Positions 29,926-39,829 of a DNA stretch of 64,000 bases are shown here, in pieces. The translations under genes and the position numbers were made by a program. The DNA comes from an uncultured virus (IMG/VR IMGVR_UViG_2517287023_000001) (lineage: Duplodnaviria > Heunggongvirae > Uroviricota > Caudoviricetes): IMG/VR virus record IMGVR_UViG_2517287023_000001; one strand, written 5' to 3'. The notes below the pieces were generated by a model. That model had not been told where the DNA came from. It ran no database searches and was given only the letters and a program-made list of their open reading frames with translations. How positions within the stretch are numbered: the first letter of the stretch is position 1; each line of letters opens with the position of its first letter.

Positions 29926-30423
29926 TCATCGGCCTGGCTGCCAGGCCGGGTCGTAGCCGACCGCCCACGAGGCGTACGGCACGGCAGCGCGGCGCAGTGT
30001 CAGGCACGGCCACACCTGTCCGCAGCTCGGGCACGCCGGACCGCCGGCCAAGACGTACTCGGCGCGGCCGGCGTGGGTGCGCAGCACGTCGCGGGTCACC
30101 AACACCAGACCCGGCACCAGATTCCGGGCGGTAGTGATGATTCGGGTGGTGGCCTGGTTTTCCCGGCGGGTGCCGTGGGTGATGCGCGCGAACAGTTCAG
30201 CGACCTTGCGGGGCGTGGAAGGCCCTACCCACCAGGTGCCGCGTAACAGCTCCATCTGCCACGGCGCGGGCGGGGCCTGCCGGTCGTAGCGCTCCAGGTC
30301 ATCGCAGGCACGGGTGAGCCAGTCATGCAGGGGATGCGTCAGGACCGGCGGTGTCGCGGGGGTACGCGGCCCGACGAGGGGATTGCCGCGCGGCCGGTCA
30401 GCGTAGTCCAGATCGTGGCCCAT
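29926..30423 (-). CDS. Hypothetical protein (DUF6221-like C-terminus)
   Basis: CPSCGQVWPCLTLR..A.PY....GYDPAW. Confidence 0.6.
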   Translation of the reverse strand: MGHDLDYADRPRGNPLVGPRTPATPPVLTHPLHDWLTRACDDLERYDRQAPPAPWQMELLRGTWWVGPSTPRKVAELFARITHGTRRENQATTRIITTARNLVPGLVLVTRDVLRTHAGRAEYVLAGGPACPSCGQVWPCLTLRRAAVPYASWAVGYDPAWQPGR

Positions 30424-30691
30424 GATGTCCTCCGCTGTTGGGGGCGGGTGGCAGCTACCCAGATCGATTGCGAGTCGGTGGTACGGCAGATGTGCGCCGT
30501 GGCGGGCAGCAGATGCAGCCGGTGGCGGGCGGCGGCACGTCGCACGATGCCCATCAGTCGATGCCAGTCGTCGCCGTCAACGGTGCGGCGGGCGTTGGTT
30601 GACCACACGACAAGCCGGGCGTCACGGGGCCAGCGCACGTGCCCGCACCCTCGGGCGGTGCTGGGCCGTGCGGTGACCCGGTGGCGGGCGC

Positions 30692-30991
30692 TCACCGGTG
30701 CCACCGGATGACCAGTAGGGGCAGCAGCATCGACACCGCGTCGGAGCTGACACGGACACCGGCGCACAGGTTCCCGACCTCGACGCGGACCGTGAGCCGG
30801 CCGTCGACCAGGTGCAGCCCCCGCCGGTTGGCCGCGGGCGGCAGCTCGGCATTGATCGCGGCGAGGATCATGTAGGCGGCCTCCGAACGCTCGGCCAGCG
30901 GCACATACCGTCGCGGGCACAACGCGCGGGTGATGGCGTTGAAGACCACGGAGAACACGCGTTGGTCCCGGCCAGACAGCGATTCCGTCAT
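30692..30991 (-). CDS. Hypothetical protein
   Basis: ATGA coupling with upstream gene. Confidence 0.45.
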   Translation of the reverse strand: MTESLSGRDQRVFSVVFNAITRALCPRRYVPLAERSEAAYMILAAINAELPPAANRRGLHLVDGRLTVRVEVGNLCAGVRVSSDAVSMLLPLLVIRWHR

Positions 30992-32076
30992 GATCGGCCT
31001 CCGTGGCCCTGGCGGGTGGTGGTCAGGGGAGCCGACCGGGTGCGCGTCGCGCCACCGTGGCGGCCGTGCGCGAGCGCGGTCATGTCGACACCGAGGCGGG
31101 TGGCCAACCCGTCGGGTCCGCTCCACTCGGTCACGCCCCACCGGTGGCGGCGGCCGGGCCAGCGCACGGCACGTCCACATCCGCAGTCAGGGCCGACGCA
31201 GCGACAGTCGCCGTTGAGGCAGTGCACCGACCACTGCATCTCATCCAGCGACGACACCTCGGCGTGCAGCTCCCGCAGTCCGCAGGCCGGGCATCTGGCC
31301 GGTAGCCGGCGCAAGTCCTCGGTGTCCACGCCGACCGTCGCGCGCGCCATGCGGTTGGCGCGTTCGAGGACGTGCCTGGCGCGGTCGGCCAGCTCGGCGT
31401 CGGTGACCCGGGGCAGTAGGTCGGCCAGGAGTCCGACCGCCGTGGTCATGATGGCGTCAGGCAGGTCGTAGGCGACGACCGCGACGGCCTCGCCGGCGTG
31501 GCAGTGCCGGCACGGCACCGGGTCCGGCACCCACGGCTGTTCGTCGGGGGAGCCGGCCGGGCGGGCTGGCCATGGCTGTCCGGCTGGCCACCAGCGCGGC
31601 GGCAGTGTGCGTCCGGTGCCCCGGCAGGGTTGGCAGGCACCAACGAGTACGTGCGTGCCCTGCCGGATCACCGGCCGGACCGTGGGCAGCTCGCAGGCGG
31701 TGAGGACGGCGGCGGTGAGCGCGGCGACGTCGGCGGCGATGCGGGCGCGGGCGTGCACCGCGGCGAGGTTCGTAGCGGCAGCGTGGGGGGCTGAGGGCAC
31801 CCGTCCGCAGCGGATTGCCTCGGCGGCGGCCACGCGGTCTTTGTGCCACTGCTCGGCGCGGGCGTGTTCAGCGGCGGCGGCGATGGAGCGTTCGTGGCGG
31901 TAGGAGGGGGTGCCGGGGGTGCGGAACGCCGACAGCCACGGCCACGCGTCGCGCAGCTCCACTAGCCGGGCGACGGCCTCGGCGATGTGGTAGCCGGCAT
32001 CATTGTTGGTGGGAATCGGCGCGTAGTTGGGTGCGCCGTGGCGGTGACGCGGGGCCCGGCGGCGGTGAACGCTCAC
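30988..32076 (-). CDS. Hypothetical multi-zinc-finger phage protein (possible late regulator)
   Basis: Several CxxC pairs; 362 aa. Confidence 0.55.
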   Translation of the reverse strand: MSVHRRRAPRHRHGAPNYAPIPTNNDAGYHIAEAVARLVELRDAWPWLSAFRTPGTPSYRHERSIAAAAEHARAEQWHKDRVAAAEAIRCGRVPSAPHAAATNLAAVHARARIAADVAALTAAVLTACELPTVRPVIRQGTHVLVGACQPCRGTGRTLPPRWWPAGQPWPARPAGSPDEQPWVPDPVPCRHCHAGEAVAVVAYDLPDAIMTTAVGLLADLLPRVTDAELADRARHVLERANRMARATVGVDTEDLRRLPARCPACGLRELHAEVSSLDEMQWSVHCLNGDCRCVGPDCGCGRAVRWPGRRHRWGVTEWSGPDGLATRLGVDMTALAHGRHGGATRTRSAPLTTTRQGHGGRS

Positions 32077-32245
32077 AGGCGCTCACCGTCCGCGCGGTGC
32101 AGGTCGCGGCGGGCACCGTGCTGAGTTCCCGCTCCCACGGCGCGCATCGCCGCGACCTGCCCCCACGTACGCCGTTGGCCCCGTTCTGGTCCCATGGCGT
32201 CTCTCCGTAATGTCATTGCCAAAGAGGTACGCAGGGCAGCGTTTT

Positions 32246-32659
32246 ATGCGCGACGTGCTCGTGGGTTCCCGTCCACGGTTCGTCGCTGCCACAAGGGTCC
32301 CGTTTGCCCCGCATCCACTGTGGTTCACACACACAGTAGCCCGTGGATCGCAACGTGCAAAGGATCTCGCGTGTGCGACGATCAAATCTATGGCCGATCG
32401 GATGAGTGCCGAAGAGCGTGATAGAGCGTTCTGGGAGACACTTCTGGACAGCAAACGGTCCGGAGTCAAGCGGTCCATCGCGCAGATTGCCAGGGCGTCC
32501 GGCGTGAGCAAGTCCTTTGTGACGGGCCGGTTGGGGGAGCTGCTACGCGCGGGACTGGTTAATCATGCGCGGCATCCGGGAGGGGACCGTCAGCCCCCGG
32601 CGAACGTGTGGTGGCTGACCAGTGCGGGCCGCCGGTACGCCGAGCAGTCCCACCGGTAG
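32246..32659 (+). CDS. Winged-helix DNA-binding protein
   Basis: SIAQIARASGVSKSFVTGRLGELLRAGLV. Confidence 0.7.
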   Translation: MRDVLVGSRPRFVAATRVPFAPHPLWFTHTVARGSQRAKDLACATIKSMADRMSAEERDRAFWETLLDSKRSGVKRSIAQIARASGVSKSFVTGRLGELLRAGLVNHARHPGGDRQPPANVWWLTSAGRRYAEQSHR

Positions 32660-32874
32660 AACACAGCGGAAGGGCCGGCACCCGCCGGCCCTTCCTTCCG
32701 AACCCACCCCGTTCCTTGCGGTGCAAGGCTGCGGATTGTCCTGCCAACCGAAGCGCCCGTTCACAGGCACGCGCTAGCACCCCCCAGCGCGGCGCGTAGC
32801 CAGAATGGTCTCTAGTTGTGTTTGGACGCCTCCCAGCCTAGCGCGTCACGCCGCCCGCCGCCCGCCGCCCGCCG

Positions 32875-33123
32875 TCAAGCGTTGTCGCGACGCCGGATCT
32901 CAGCATGAACTTTTGAGATTATTCGGTCGTATTCGACCACACGCTGATGCATCAGCTTTGCGTGGTTCCGTGCATCGTCTGCCCTGGCATCGGCGCGGGA
33001 CGAGAGGGTTTCGGCGATGGATTCAAGGCCGGCGGCGTGCTCTTGGATCGACTGGCGTTTATCAGAAAGCGCCAGCTTGATTTCCTCAAGATCGCTGGTA
33101 GCGAACATCATATCGATCCCCAT
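32875..33123 (-). CDS. Small coiled-coil hypothetical protein
   Basis: Cassette-driven (operator 33202). Confidence 0.6.
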   Translation of the reverse strand: MGIDMMFATSDLEEIKLALSDKRQSIQEHAAGLESIAETLSSRADARADDARNHAKLMHQRVVEYDRIISKVHAEIRRRDNA

Positions 33124-33282
33124 TCCTGGCGGCCGTGCCTCGGTTACGGGGTTGGTTTTGGCGAGGGTTCCAGCCTTCACCACTTGACCACACCAACCCA
33201 ACAGAAGGTGTCAAGCAATACTTGGGACTTTTTGATGGCCTGGTTTGTGTCTGTCCGGGCCTGCCCGAGACGGGCCCCGGTT

Positions 33283-33507
33283 CTACGGCCAGAGACCCAA
33301 GCTCATTTCGTACTCTTCCTGGGCTGTCGCCGCCCAGTAGCCCCGGTCCTCAAGGTACCGCTCGCACGCGGCCTCAGCCCTGGCCACACTTTCGGTCCAC
33401 TGGTCGTCTTCGCTGAGGTACCGGAGTTCGGCGTCGCACTCGCGTACTTGCGCCACGCTCTCGTGGCGGCCATCGCAGTGACCGCACCGAATCGACGGCA
33501 TCGCCAT
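33283..33507 (-). CDS. Small hypothetical protein (CGHC...H..V..VREC)
   Basis: Cassette-driven (operator 33571). Confidence 0.7.
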   Translation of the reverse strand: MAMPSIRCGHCDGRHESVAQVRECDAELRYLSEDDQWTESVARAEAACERYLEDRGYWAATAQEEYEMSLGLWP

Positions 33508-33637
33508 GACGGCTCCTCTCGGTTGGTGTGTGAGGTTCCAGCCCCTCACCACTTGACCATACCGACCCAATAGAAACTGTCAAGCAATGTTTGATGACTT
33601 TTGTTGGTCGGGCTTGTCCAACCCCAACCTTGATGGA

Positions 33638-33937
33638 TTAGCCGCGATCGCCTCGGCTCCTCGTCTCAGACGATGGTGGGCGTCCCCGGCGTGGGCGAGT
33701 TTTCCACCAGGGGTCGAACACCGATGGCAACCACACCTGGTGAGGGCTGTCGGGATTCAGCGATGGCGGTGGAGCGGGCTGGGTCGCGTCCCGGGCGTGC
33801 GCCTGTTCGGCTGCCTGTAGCGCGCGGGTGATAGCTGAGGGGTGTACCCCGTGGCGGCGGGCCAACTCCGCGCGGGTTTCGGGGGCTTCATCCACAAACG
33901 GATTCTCTCTGTCCGGCCCCGGCGGGTGGACGTGCAC
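33638..33937 (-). CDS. Small HTH protein
   Basis: RAELARRHGVHPSAITRAL; C-terminal RGRP. Confidence 0.6.
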   Translation of the reverse strand: MHVHPPGPDRENPFVDEAPETRAELARRHGVHPSAITRALQAAEQAHARDATQPAPPPSLNPDSPHQVWLPSVFDPWWKTRPRRGRPPSSETRSRGDRG

Positions 33938-33953
33938 CCGCCGGGGCTCGTGA

Positions 33954-35213
33954 TCACGCGAACGACAGTTCGTATCGAGCGTAAAGGTTACATTTCGCGC
34001 ACACTAGGCCGGGGATACCGGAGTTGTCTTGCCGGGGGAAGCGGGCCCCGACCCACCGGAGGCACTCGGCGCACGTACCCGCGTTGCGGGTGTTGCGTTC
34101 GCGCTCGCGGCGGGGTGGGGAGAACTCCCAGCGCCGGTAGGCGAACTGCGCTTCCTGCTTGTTGGTGTGTTCGGTGCTCTGTCCCTCGTCCGGGTCGCCG
34201 TCCTCCCCGGTCCATCCGCTGCCTTTGCTGTAGACGCGCACCTCCCAGCGTGTGGTGGTGGTGCCGTCAGACAGCGAGATGGTGATCTCGTCCAGGGCCG
34301 CGCGGCGATTCCCGCCGAGGCCCTTGTCGTGCAGGTTCACCGAGCTGCGGGAGGTCTCGGTCAGGGTGGCCACGCGGGCTATCTCCTCCTCCTCGGCCTT
34401 TCGGGCGGCGGCCTCTCGGGCGGCCTTCCGCTTTGCCCGCTGCTGCCGGCGCCGCTCGTCGGCTTCACCCGCGACGCGCAACTGTTCGGCGGCGGCCCGG
34501 CTCTGCGCGTCACAGCGGGCGGTGTAGTCCTCGTGACTCTCCGGCGGGTTGGTGGTGCAATCCACGGATGAGGCATGCCGGGTTTCCCACCGGCCGCCGC
34601 CGCTCTCGCGGATCATCATCGTGGCGGCTGGCGCGTCGAGCCGGCCGGCGCTGACGGTGACCCCGCACAACGCACACGGGGTGCCGGCGGCGACGTTGCG
34701 GGTGGGGCACTGCCCGAAGTGCTCGACCTCGATGTTCTCGCCATGACCGACGAGATGGCCGGTTTCGGCGTAGACGGTGGTCTGGCACCAGCGGCACCGT
34801 GCCTCGCGGCGGTTGGGGCGCTGCGCCTCGGTGACGACGCTGACCTCTCCGTCTGGCACGGGATGCTCTTTGAGCAGGGCCGCGATCTTTCTCTGCGTCG
34901 TCGCCCCGAAGGCCGACTTGGCCGACTTGTAGTGCCGGCTCCACAACTTCCGCAGCCCCTCTGCCGCCACGATGGACACCGTCACGGTGGCATCCTGCAC
35001 GGCGTAGGGTTCACCGCCGCGATAGGTGTAGGCGTGCCCGGTCGTGACCTTGTCGACCGCCACCACGAGCGTGCCGACCGGCACGTCCACCACGTCACCG
35101 GGCTGAAGCCAAACCCCCTCGACGGCACCACCGCCTTTCCCGGCACCCAACGCGGTGATGGTTTTCCGCCACGCGGAGGTCTTCGGTTCCGCTGGCGGGA
35201 CGGTGATCTGCAT
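33954..35213 (-). CDS. Hypothetical protein with several CxxC motifs
   Basis: ~420-aa ORF; AGGAGG RBS. Confidence 0.7.
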   Translation of the reverse strand: MQITVPPAEPKTSAWRKTITALGAGKGGGAVEGVWLQPGDVVDVPVGTLVVAVDKVTTGHAYTYRGGEPYAVQDATVTVSIVAAEGLRKLWSRHYKSAKSAFGATTQRKIAALLKEHPVPDGEVSVVTEAQRPNRREARCRWCQTTVYAETGHLVGHGENIEVEHFGQCPTRNVAAGTPCALCGVTVSAGRLDAPAATMMIRESGGGRWETRHASSVDCTTNPPESHEDYTARCDAQSRAAAEQLRVAGEADERRRQQRAKRKAAREAAARKAEEEEIARVATLTETSRSSVNLHDKGLGGNRRAALDEITISLSDGTTTTRWEVRVYSKGSGWTGEDGDPDEGQSTEHTNKQEAQFAYRRWEFSPPRRERERNTRNAGTCAECLRWVGARFPRQDNSGIPGLVCAKCNLYARYELSFA

Positions 35214-36112
35214 AGTTCCTGCCCTCCTGGATGGTGGCCCGTTTACGGGACTGCCCTCGACCAATCCAGTCTGGAGCACCGAACCATAATTCGCAAGCCA
35301 AGTTGCGAATTATGGTTTGCAGAGTGGCCGACCCGGAGAGCTTGTCGAGGGCATCCACCAGAGCCGGCCACCATCAGCGTGGCCACCACCAACACGCGCG
35401 ATGATGTTGGGTCAGCCTCCCCAGGAGCATCGAGCCGGGTCCTACCTAGGCTGACTAGGCCACCGCGGCGTTGAAAAGGCCGGGGCCCACCTCCAGCGGG
35501 CCCCGGCCCTTTTCCGCGCACTTCGGCTCGGGCTAGCGGCCCGTGCCGGCCGGTCCATCGGAGGAACTGGAGATCGTTCTCCCCAGGTATCAGGAGGGAT
35601 GCCACCCGAGCCCAACAGAAGGCAATCAAGTACGATCCCTTGCGAGCCCGAAGGGTTTAGATGGGGACGCCGCTGCCAACTAGCAACGACGCCCCCGTGC
35701 TGTTACTGCTTACGTGAGTTGTGGCTCACGTTGAGCAACAGGATCAGCACAAGGGGCCCAACCCCAAGATTGGGCCCCTTGTTGCTGGTCAGTGCCTCAA
35801 AGGCAGAGGCCAGCTCACAGGCCACGCCAAGCTCTACAGCTAGGGCGATCTTGCGCTTTTCCTGTTCCTCGGGTGATTCCACCATCGGTCCCTTCCGTCG
35901 GATGCCCCGCTACGGGAGCCCGAAAAGGCCCCCGCGATCCTGCGGGCCCGCCGTGGCACCGGGGGCGATCACGCCAGTGCCACGCGTCATCCTCGATCGC
36001 CGCGTGCAGGCACGGCCTAGTCCCGTCCTTGACAGGCGTACCGCACCGTGCCTGGAAAGGCCGGGGCCCGCTGGAGGTGGGCCCCGGCCTTTTCCGTGTA
36101 CTTCGGCTCGGG

Positions 36113-36466
36113 CTAGCGGCCCGTGCCGGCCGGCGGCACATACACCGGCGTACCGGTGTGGATGCCGATCGACAGCACCCACCGGCCCAGCCACCGCGCC
36201 GACCGCGCTACCCCACTGGTGCCGGTGCGCTGCTCCAGCCACCGGCCGGCGGCGTAGATGGCCGCGCCCGCAGCAAGGGCCATCACCTCAATGAGCCAGG
36301 TTTCGTCCATCCGGATTCCCGAGCGGGCCGCCAGGTAGGCGGCGACCAGCGCGGCGACGTGTCCGAGCGCCATCGGCCACACCGTGCGGATGTAGGCTGC
36401 GGCCCGGTCCGATACCCGCTTAAGCGCCTCGGACGGCGGTGATGGGTTAGCCGTCTGCTCGTTCAT
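36113..36466 (-). CDS. Holin-like membrane protein
   Basis: Two TM helices; YIRT.WP and RWLE motifs resemble actinophage holins. Confidence 0.6.
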   Translation of the reverse strand: MNEQTANPSPPSEALKRVSDRAAAYIRTVWPMALGHVAALVAAYLAARSGIRMDETWLIEVMALAAGAAIYAAGRWLEQRTGTSGVARSARWLGRWVLSIGIHTGTPVYVPPAGTGR

Positions 36467-36513
36467 CGCTGTTCCCCCGTTTCTCGTGGTTGTCAGTTCA
36501 ATGCGACCGGTAG

Positions 36514-36891
36514 TCAGGACCGAGGTCCGTGATTGCCGGTCGCGCCGATCACCGCGTCTGGGTCGTGTCCGAGGTGCATCACCGCCAGCCGTAGCCGCTG
36601 GTGCTGCTCCCACAGGGCCCAAAACTGTGCCGTGCGCTGGTCCAGTTCCGCGGTGACCTCCGTCAGCCGAGCCCACGTCTGCTCGAGCTGCCTGTCTGTG
36701 CGGGCGTCCACGTGGGCGTCCCGGTCGTGATCCAGGCGTGCCCGCGCCGTGTCGTTGGACGCCTCGGCGGCCCGCCAACTGCTGCGGGTGCCATAGAGTC
36801 CCGTGGCCACCCCGATGAGGGCGGCGATGATCGGTCCGACAATCTGCCACCATGCCGGCCACCCGGCCGCCTGTACCTCGACGGCCCCCAC
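36514..36891 (-). CDS. Membrane protein with coiled coil (lysis-cassette-like)
   Basis: One N-terminal TM + coiled coil. Confidence 0.6.
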   Translation of the reverse strand: MGAVEVQAAGWPAWWQIVGPIIAALIGVATGLYGTRSSWRAAEASNDTARARLDHDRDAHVDARTDRQLEQTWARLTEVTAELDQRTAQFWALWEQHQRLRLAVMHLGHDPDAVIGATGNHGPRS

Positions 36892-36894
36892 CGG

Positions 36895-37401
36895 CTACCT
36901 CCGGTCCGGTGGCGTGGCGCGGGCAACCAGCAGCGCCACCGCCGTGACGAACGCGCCGACTCCTACCGCCCGCCAGGACGGCACTTGCCAGGTCAGGACG
37001 TAGGTGGCGGTCAGGACGGCGAGCCATCCGAGGTGCCAGCCGGCCAGCAGCGCCAGGCCGAGTCGTAGCCGCCGGCCCCGGCCAGCGCGGTACTGCCCGT
37101 AGCCGTAGACGATGTAGAGCAGCAACGCGGCCAGGGCTACGCCGTAGGTTCGCATCCCGCCCGGGATCTGCCGGGCCAGATCGTAGGCCGGTGAGGAGTA
37201 CACACGGTCACCGATCAGGGCCAGGCCGATCACGTCCCAACCTGTCGCGGTGATCAACATCAGCCCGACAGCACGCCAGGACAGCACGGCCACCCGTGCC
37301 CGGGTGGGGGACAGTCGCTGCCAGGTACCCGCCGGTGTCGTGGATGGTGCGTGTAGTCCGGTGCCGACGCGAGGCGTGGACGTGGAAAGAGTGCCTATCA
37401 C
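36895..37401 (-). CDS. 4-TM membrane protein (lysis-cassette-like)
   Basis: Four hydrophobic segments. Confidence 0.6.
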   Translation of the reverse strand: MIGTLSTSTPRVGTGLHAPSTTPAGTWQRLSPTRARVAVLSWRAVGLMLITATGWDVIGLALIGDRVYSSPAYDLARQIPGGMRTYGVALAALLLYIVYGYGQYRAGRGRRLRLGLALLAGWHLGWLAVLTATYVLTWQVPSWRAVGVGAFVTAVALLVARATPPDRR

Positions 37402-37612
37402 CTAAACCCCCGTGCAGGTGACAAAACCGATCATATGAACATGCGCCGATGTGTTGCTGTGGTCCATAGTGTCAGCTCCATCGGAGGAACCGGGGACCGA
37501 CCCGCCGTACACCTGTACGACAAGTGCGTGGCGGGGCCTGAGGGAGCATCCCGAATAGCGGCAGCGACACTGGACAGGTTCGCCTACCAGTTCCCATGAT
37601 CCGGAGAGGCCG

Positions 37613-37861
37613 ATGACCGAAACCCTGACAGCCGAAACCGTCTGGCAACTGATGGACCTGGACATCGCTCGTGATCCGGTGATCGCCGTGTCGGGCTCCC
37701 TTGGTGCGTGCGCGGTCACGGCCGAGTTCGCCACGGCGGCCGGGATGGCTGTCATCGCGTCCCGGGTCGACATCGTGGCCCGATGGGGTGACGGGCCGAT
37801 CACCGAGCGGTGGTGTCAGACCGTGGCGGACGAACTGGCTGCGCGGATCACCGGCGTATGA
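37613..37861 (+). CDS. Hypothetical protein
   Basis: GGAGAGG RBS. Confidence 0.5.
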   Translation: MTETLTAETVWQLMDLDIARDPVIAVSGSLGACAVTAEFATAAGMAVIASRVDIVARWGDGPITERWCQTVADELAARITGV

Positions 37862-38108
37862 GCCTCACCCTCACCCCTGACTGCATGGAACACCATTGAG
37901 GGTCACATAAAATCCGCACAATGACGCTTGACTGATTCTATGTGACCGATTAGTGTGGGTGTTGGCAGGCAGCGAGCTTCCGAAGCAGTGCCCGCCACCG
38001 AGAGGACACTCAACCCCCGAACGGAGAAGCTGTGTACGTGACCCTCTCGGGGTCATGGCGGTGCTGATGATCCGCCACTTTGAGTTGCCGACCAAGGAGG
38101 TACCCGCG

Positions 38109-38390
38109 ATGACCGCACAGGACGACCAACAGGCGGCGGAACAGCGGATCGCCCTCAGCATCGCCGCGCACGGAGTCCGTTTGGATTCCGCGCGGCGGCG
38201 GACGGACTTGCGGCGATCGCTGGTCGAAATCGAGAGGGCGGCGGCGGAACTCTGCAAGGAGCTCGACACTGGTAGAAAGCTGTCTGGATCGGAACTTGTC
38301 AAGCTGGTGTCGCACGCCGCCACCGCGCAGTCACACGCGACCGCACTCTCTGTGCTGGAGTCCCTCGCGTGGGCTTTGCCCGATCAGTAA
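38109..38390 (+). CDS. Small helical hypothetical protein
   Basis: AAGGAGG RBS; downstream of operator 37908, directly upstream of the mini-array. Confidence 0.65.
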   Translation: MTAQDDQQAAEQRIALSIAAHGVRLDSARRRTDLRRSLVEIERAAAELCKELDTGRKLSGSELVKLVSHAATAQSHATALSVLESLAWALPDQ

Positions 38391-38474
38391 GTGGCCCCCG
38401 AACGGAGAAGCCGGGTACACACCGTGACTCTATGTCGCTCCTTCCCATCGGGTTAGGCGACTGCTAGCATGACT

Positions 38475-38643
38475 GAATTCCCCGCCAAGGCGGGGGTCAT
38501 CCGTCGCTTAGCACACGATGCGGGCATCACGGATTATTGTCCCCGCCAACGCGGGGGTCCCCACACCTGTGGGGGTGTATCGGTCGTTGGCCGTACCAGC
38601 CTCTTGGTTAGGGGCACTTCCCCACGCATGTGGGGGTGGAATC
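38475..38643 (+). CRISPR. Orphan fused double mini-array with degenerate type I-E-like 29-nt repeats and two 32-nt spacers
   Basis: Repeats 38475-38503, 38536-38558 (truncated), 38554-38582 and 38615-38643 have CCCCGC-N4-GCGGGG or CCCCAC-N4-GTGGGG cores; spacers 38504-38535 and 38583-38614. Confidence 0.8.
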
Positions 38644-38652
38644 ACAGCAGTC

Positions 38653-38677
38653 AGGACCCCCGGATACCGGGGGTCCT
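38653..38677 (+). terminator. Hairpin terminator closing the mini-array transcript
   Basis: AGGACCCCCGG-ATA-CCGGGGGTCCT. Confidence 0.7.
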
Positions 38678-38976
38678 AGCTTCTGTTGTGGTCAGTCGTC
38701 CGCGCGCACGCTCTAGGGCCCGGTCACTGCCCGGTATCAGCGATGTCCGTCCTCACTGTTCGCTCGCCTTCCGGGCCACCCACTCAGCCTTCAGCTACCA
38801 CCGCACGCACGGCGGTAGCGACCCCACGGGGGGATCGGATTCGCGCGGAACGGCGGGAAGCCGCCACCGTCGAGGCGGAGGTGACCACTACCGCCGACGG
38901 AAGAATCGCGGTAGTGGAGTCCACCTCTCGACTCGCACTCGCGGTCGCCTACAAGGCAGCGCGACGACCTCGGCGG

Positions 38977-39426
38977 TCACGCCGGTCGTTCCGGAGAGCC
39001 GGGCGGACGCCGGTAGGTGTCGATGACCGCGGCTTGGGCCGCCCAGGAGACGTCGATCTGGTCGCTCATGGCGCGCAGGGTGCCGAGCCTCGCGCGTATC
39101 AACTGGTGCATCTCGTCCAGTGCCGCCGCGGCCACACGTCCCGCGTCGGCGTCGGCAGCCCGTACAGCCGCGTGCGCTGCGGCGATCTTCTGCGCGCTGC
39201 CGTCCCGGCGCGCTCGAGTCAGCCGGCCCCGCGCGGCGCTCAACCGGCGCCGGGCCGCTTTGCTCTCCGCGTCGAGCTCGGCGAACCGGGCTCCGCCGAC
39301 GACGCTCTCGGCCTCGGCCACCACGATCAAGTCGTTGAGCTTGGTCTCCTCGGCCGCCTCGATCGCGCGGAGCTGCTCGCGTTGACGAGACAGCGGGTTC
39401 CGCGGCATCGGCAGATCGCCGCTCAC
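38977..39426 (-). CDS. Hypothetical coiled-coil protein
   Basis: Ala/Arg-rich helical ORF. Confidence 0.5.
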   Translation of the reverse strand: MSGDLPMPRNPLSRQREQLRAIEAAEETKLNDLIVVAEAESVVGGARFAELDAESKAARRRLSAARGRLTRARRDGSAQKIAAAHAAVRAADADAGRVAAAALDEMHQLIRARLGTLRAMSDQIDVSWAAQAAVIDTYRRPPGSPERPA

Positions 39427-39484
39427 TCGTCGCCGTCCGGGGTGGCAGCCGAGTCGAGGTCAACTACCAAAGGGATGTCCGTCT

Positions 39485-39829
39485 TCACTGTTCGCTCGCC
39501 TTCCGGGCCACCTGCTCGGCCTCAGCTACCACCGCACGCGCGGCGGTAGCGACCCCACGGCACGAATCGCACTCGCCGCACCGATCAGCCAACCGCATGT
39601 CGGCCAATCCCGCCAACACCTCGAACCGTTGCTGCAACTCCGCCTCGGATGAGGCGGACACCAACACGACCTTGAGGCCGGCGAACGACGTGGGATGGTC
39701 ACCCACATTGACCATCTCAGACACCGAAAACGCCGCCTCGTCGGCCAACTCCCGCATCTCTCCCACGGTGACGCCGAGCATCACGACCACCTGACCCGTC
39801 AGCGGGTCCGAACCCAATCTCCTGAACAT
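39485..39829 (-). CDS. Hypothetical protein
   Basis: AAGGAG RBS; its 3' end is duplicated near 38742. Confidence 0.55.
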   Translation of the reverse strand: MFRRLGSDPLTGQVVVMLGVTVGEMRELADEAAFSVSEMVNVGDHPTSFAGLKVVLVSASSEAELQQRFEVLAGLADMRLADRCGECDSCRGVATAARAVVAEAEQVARKASEQ

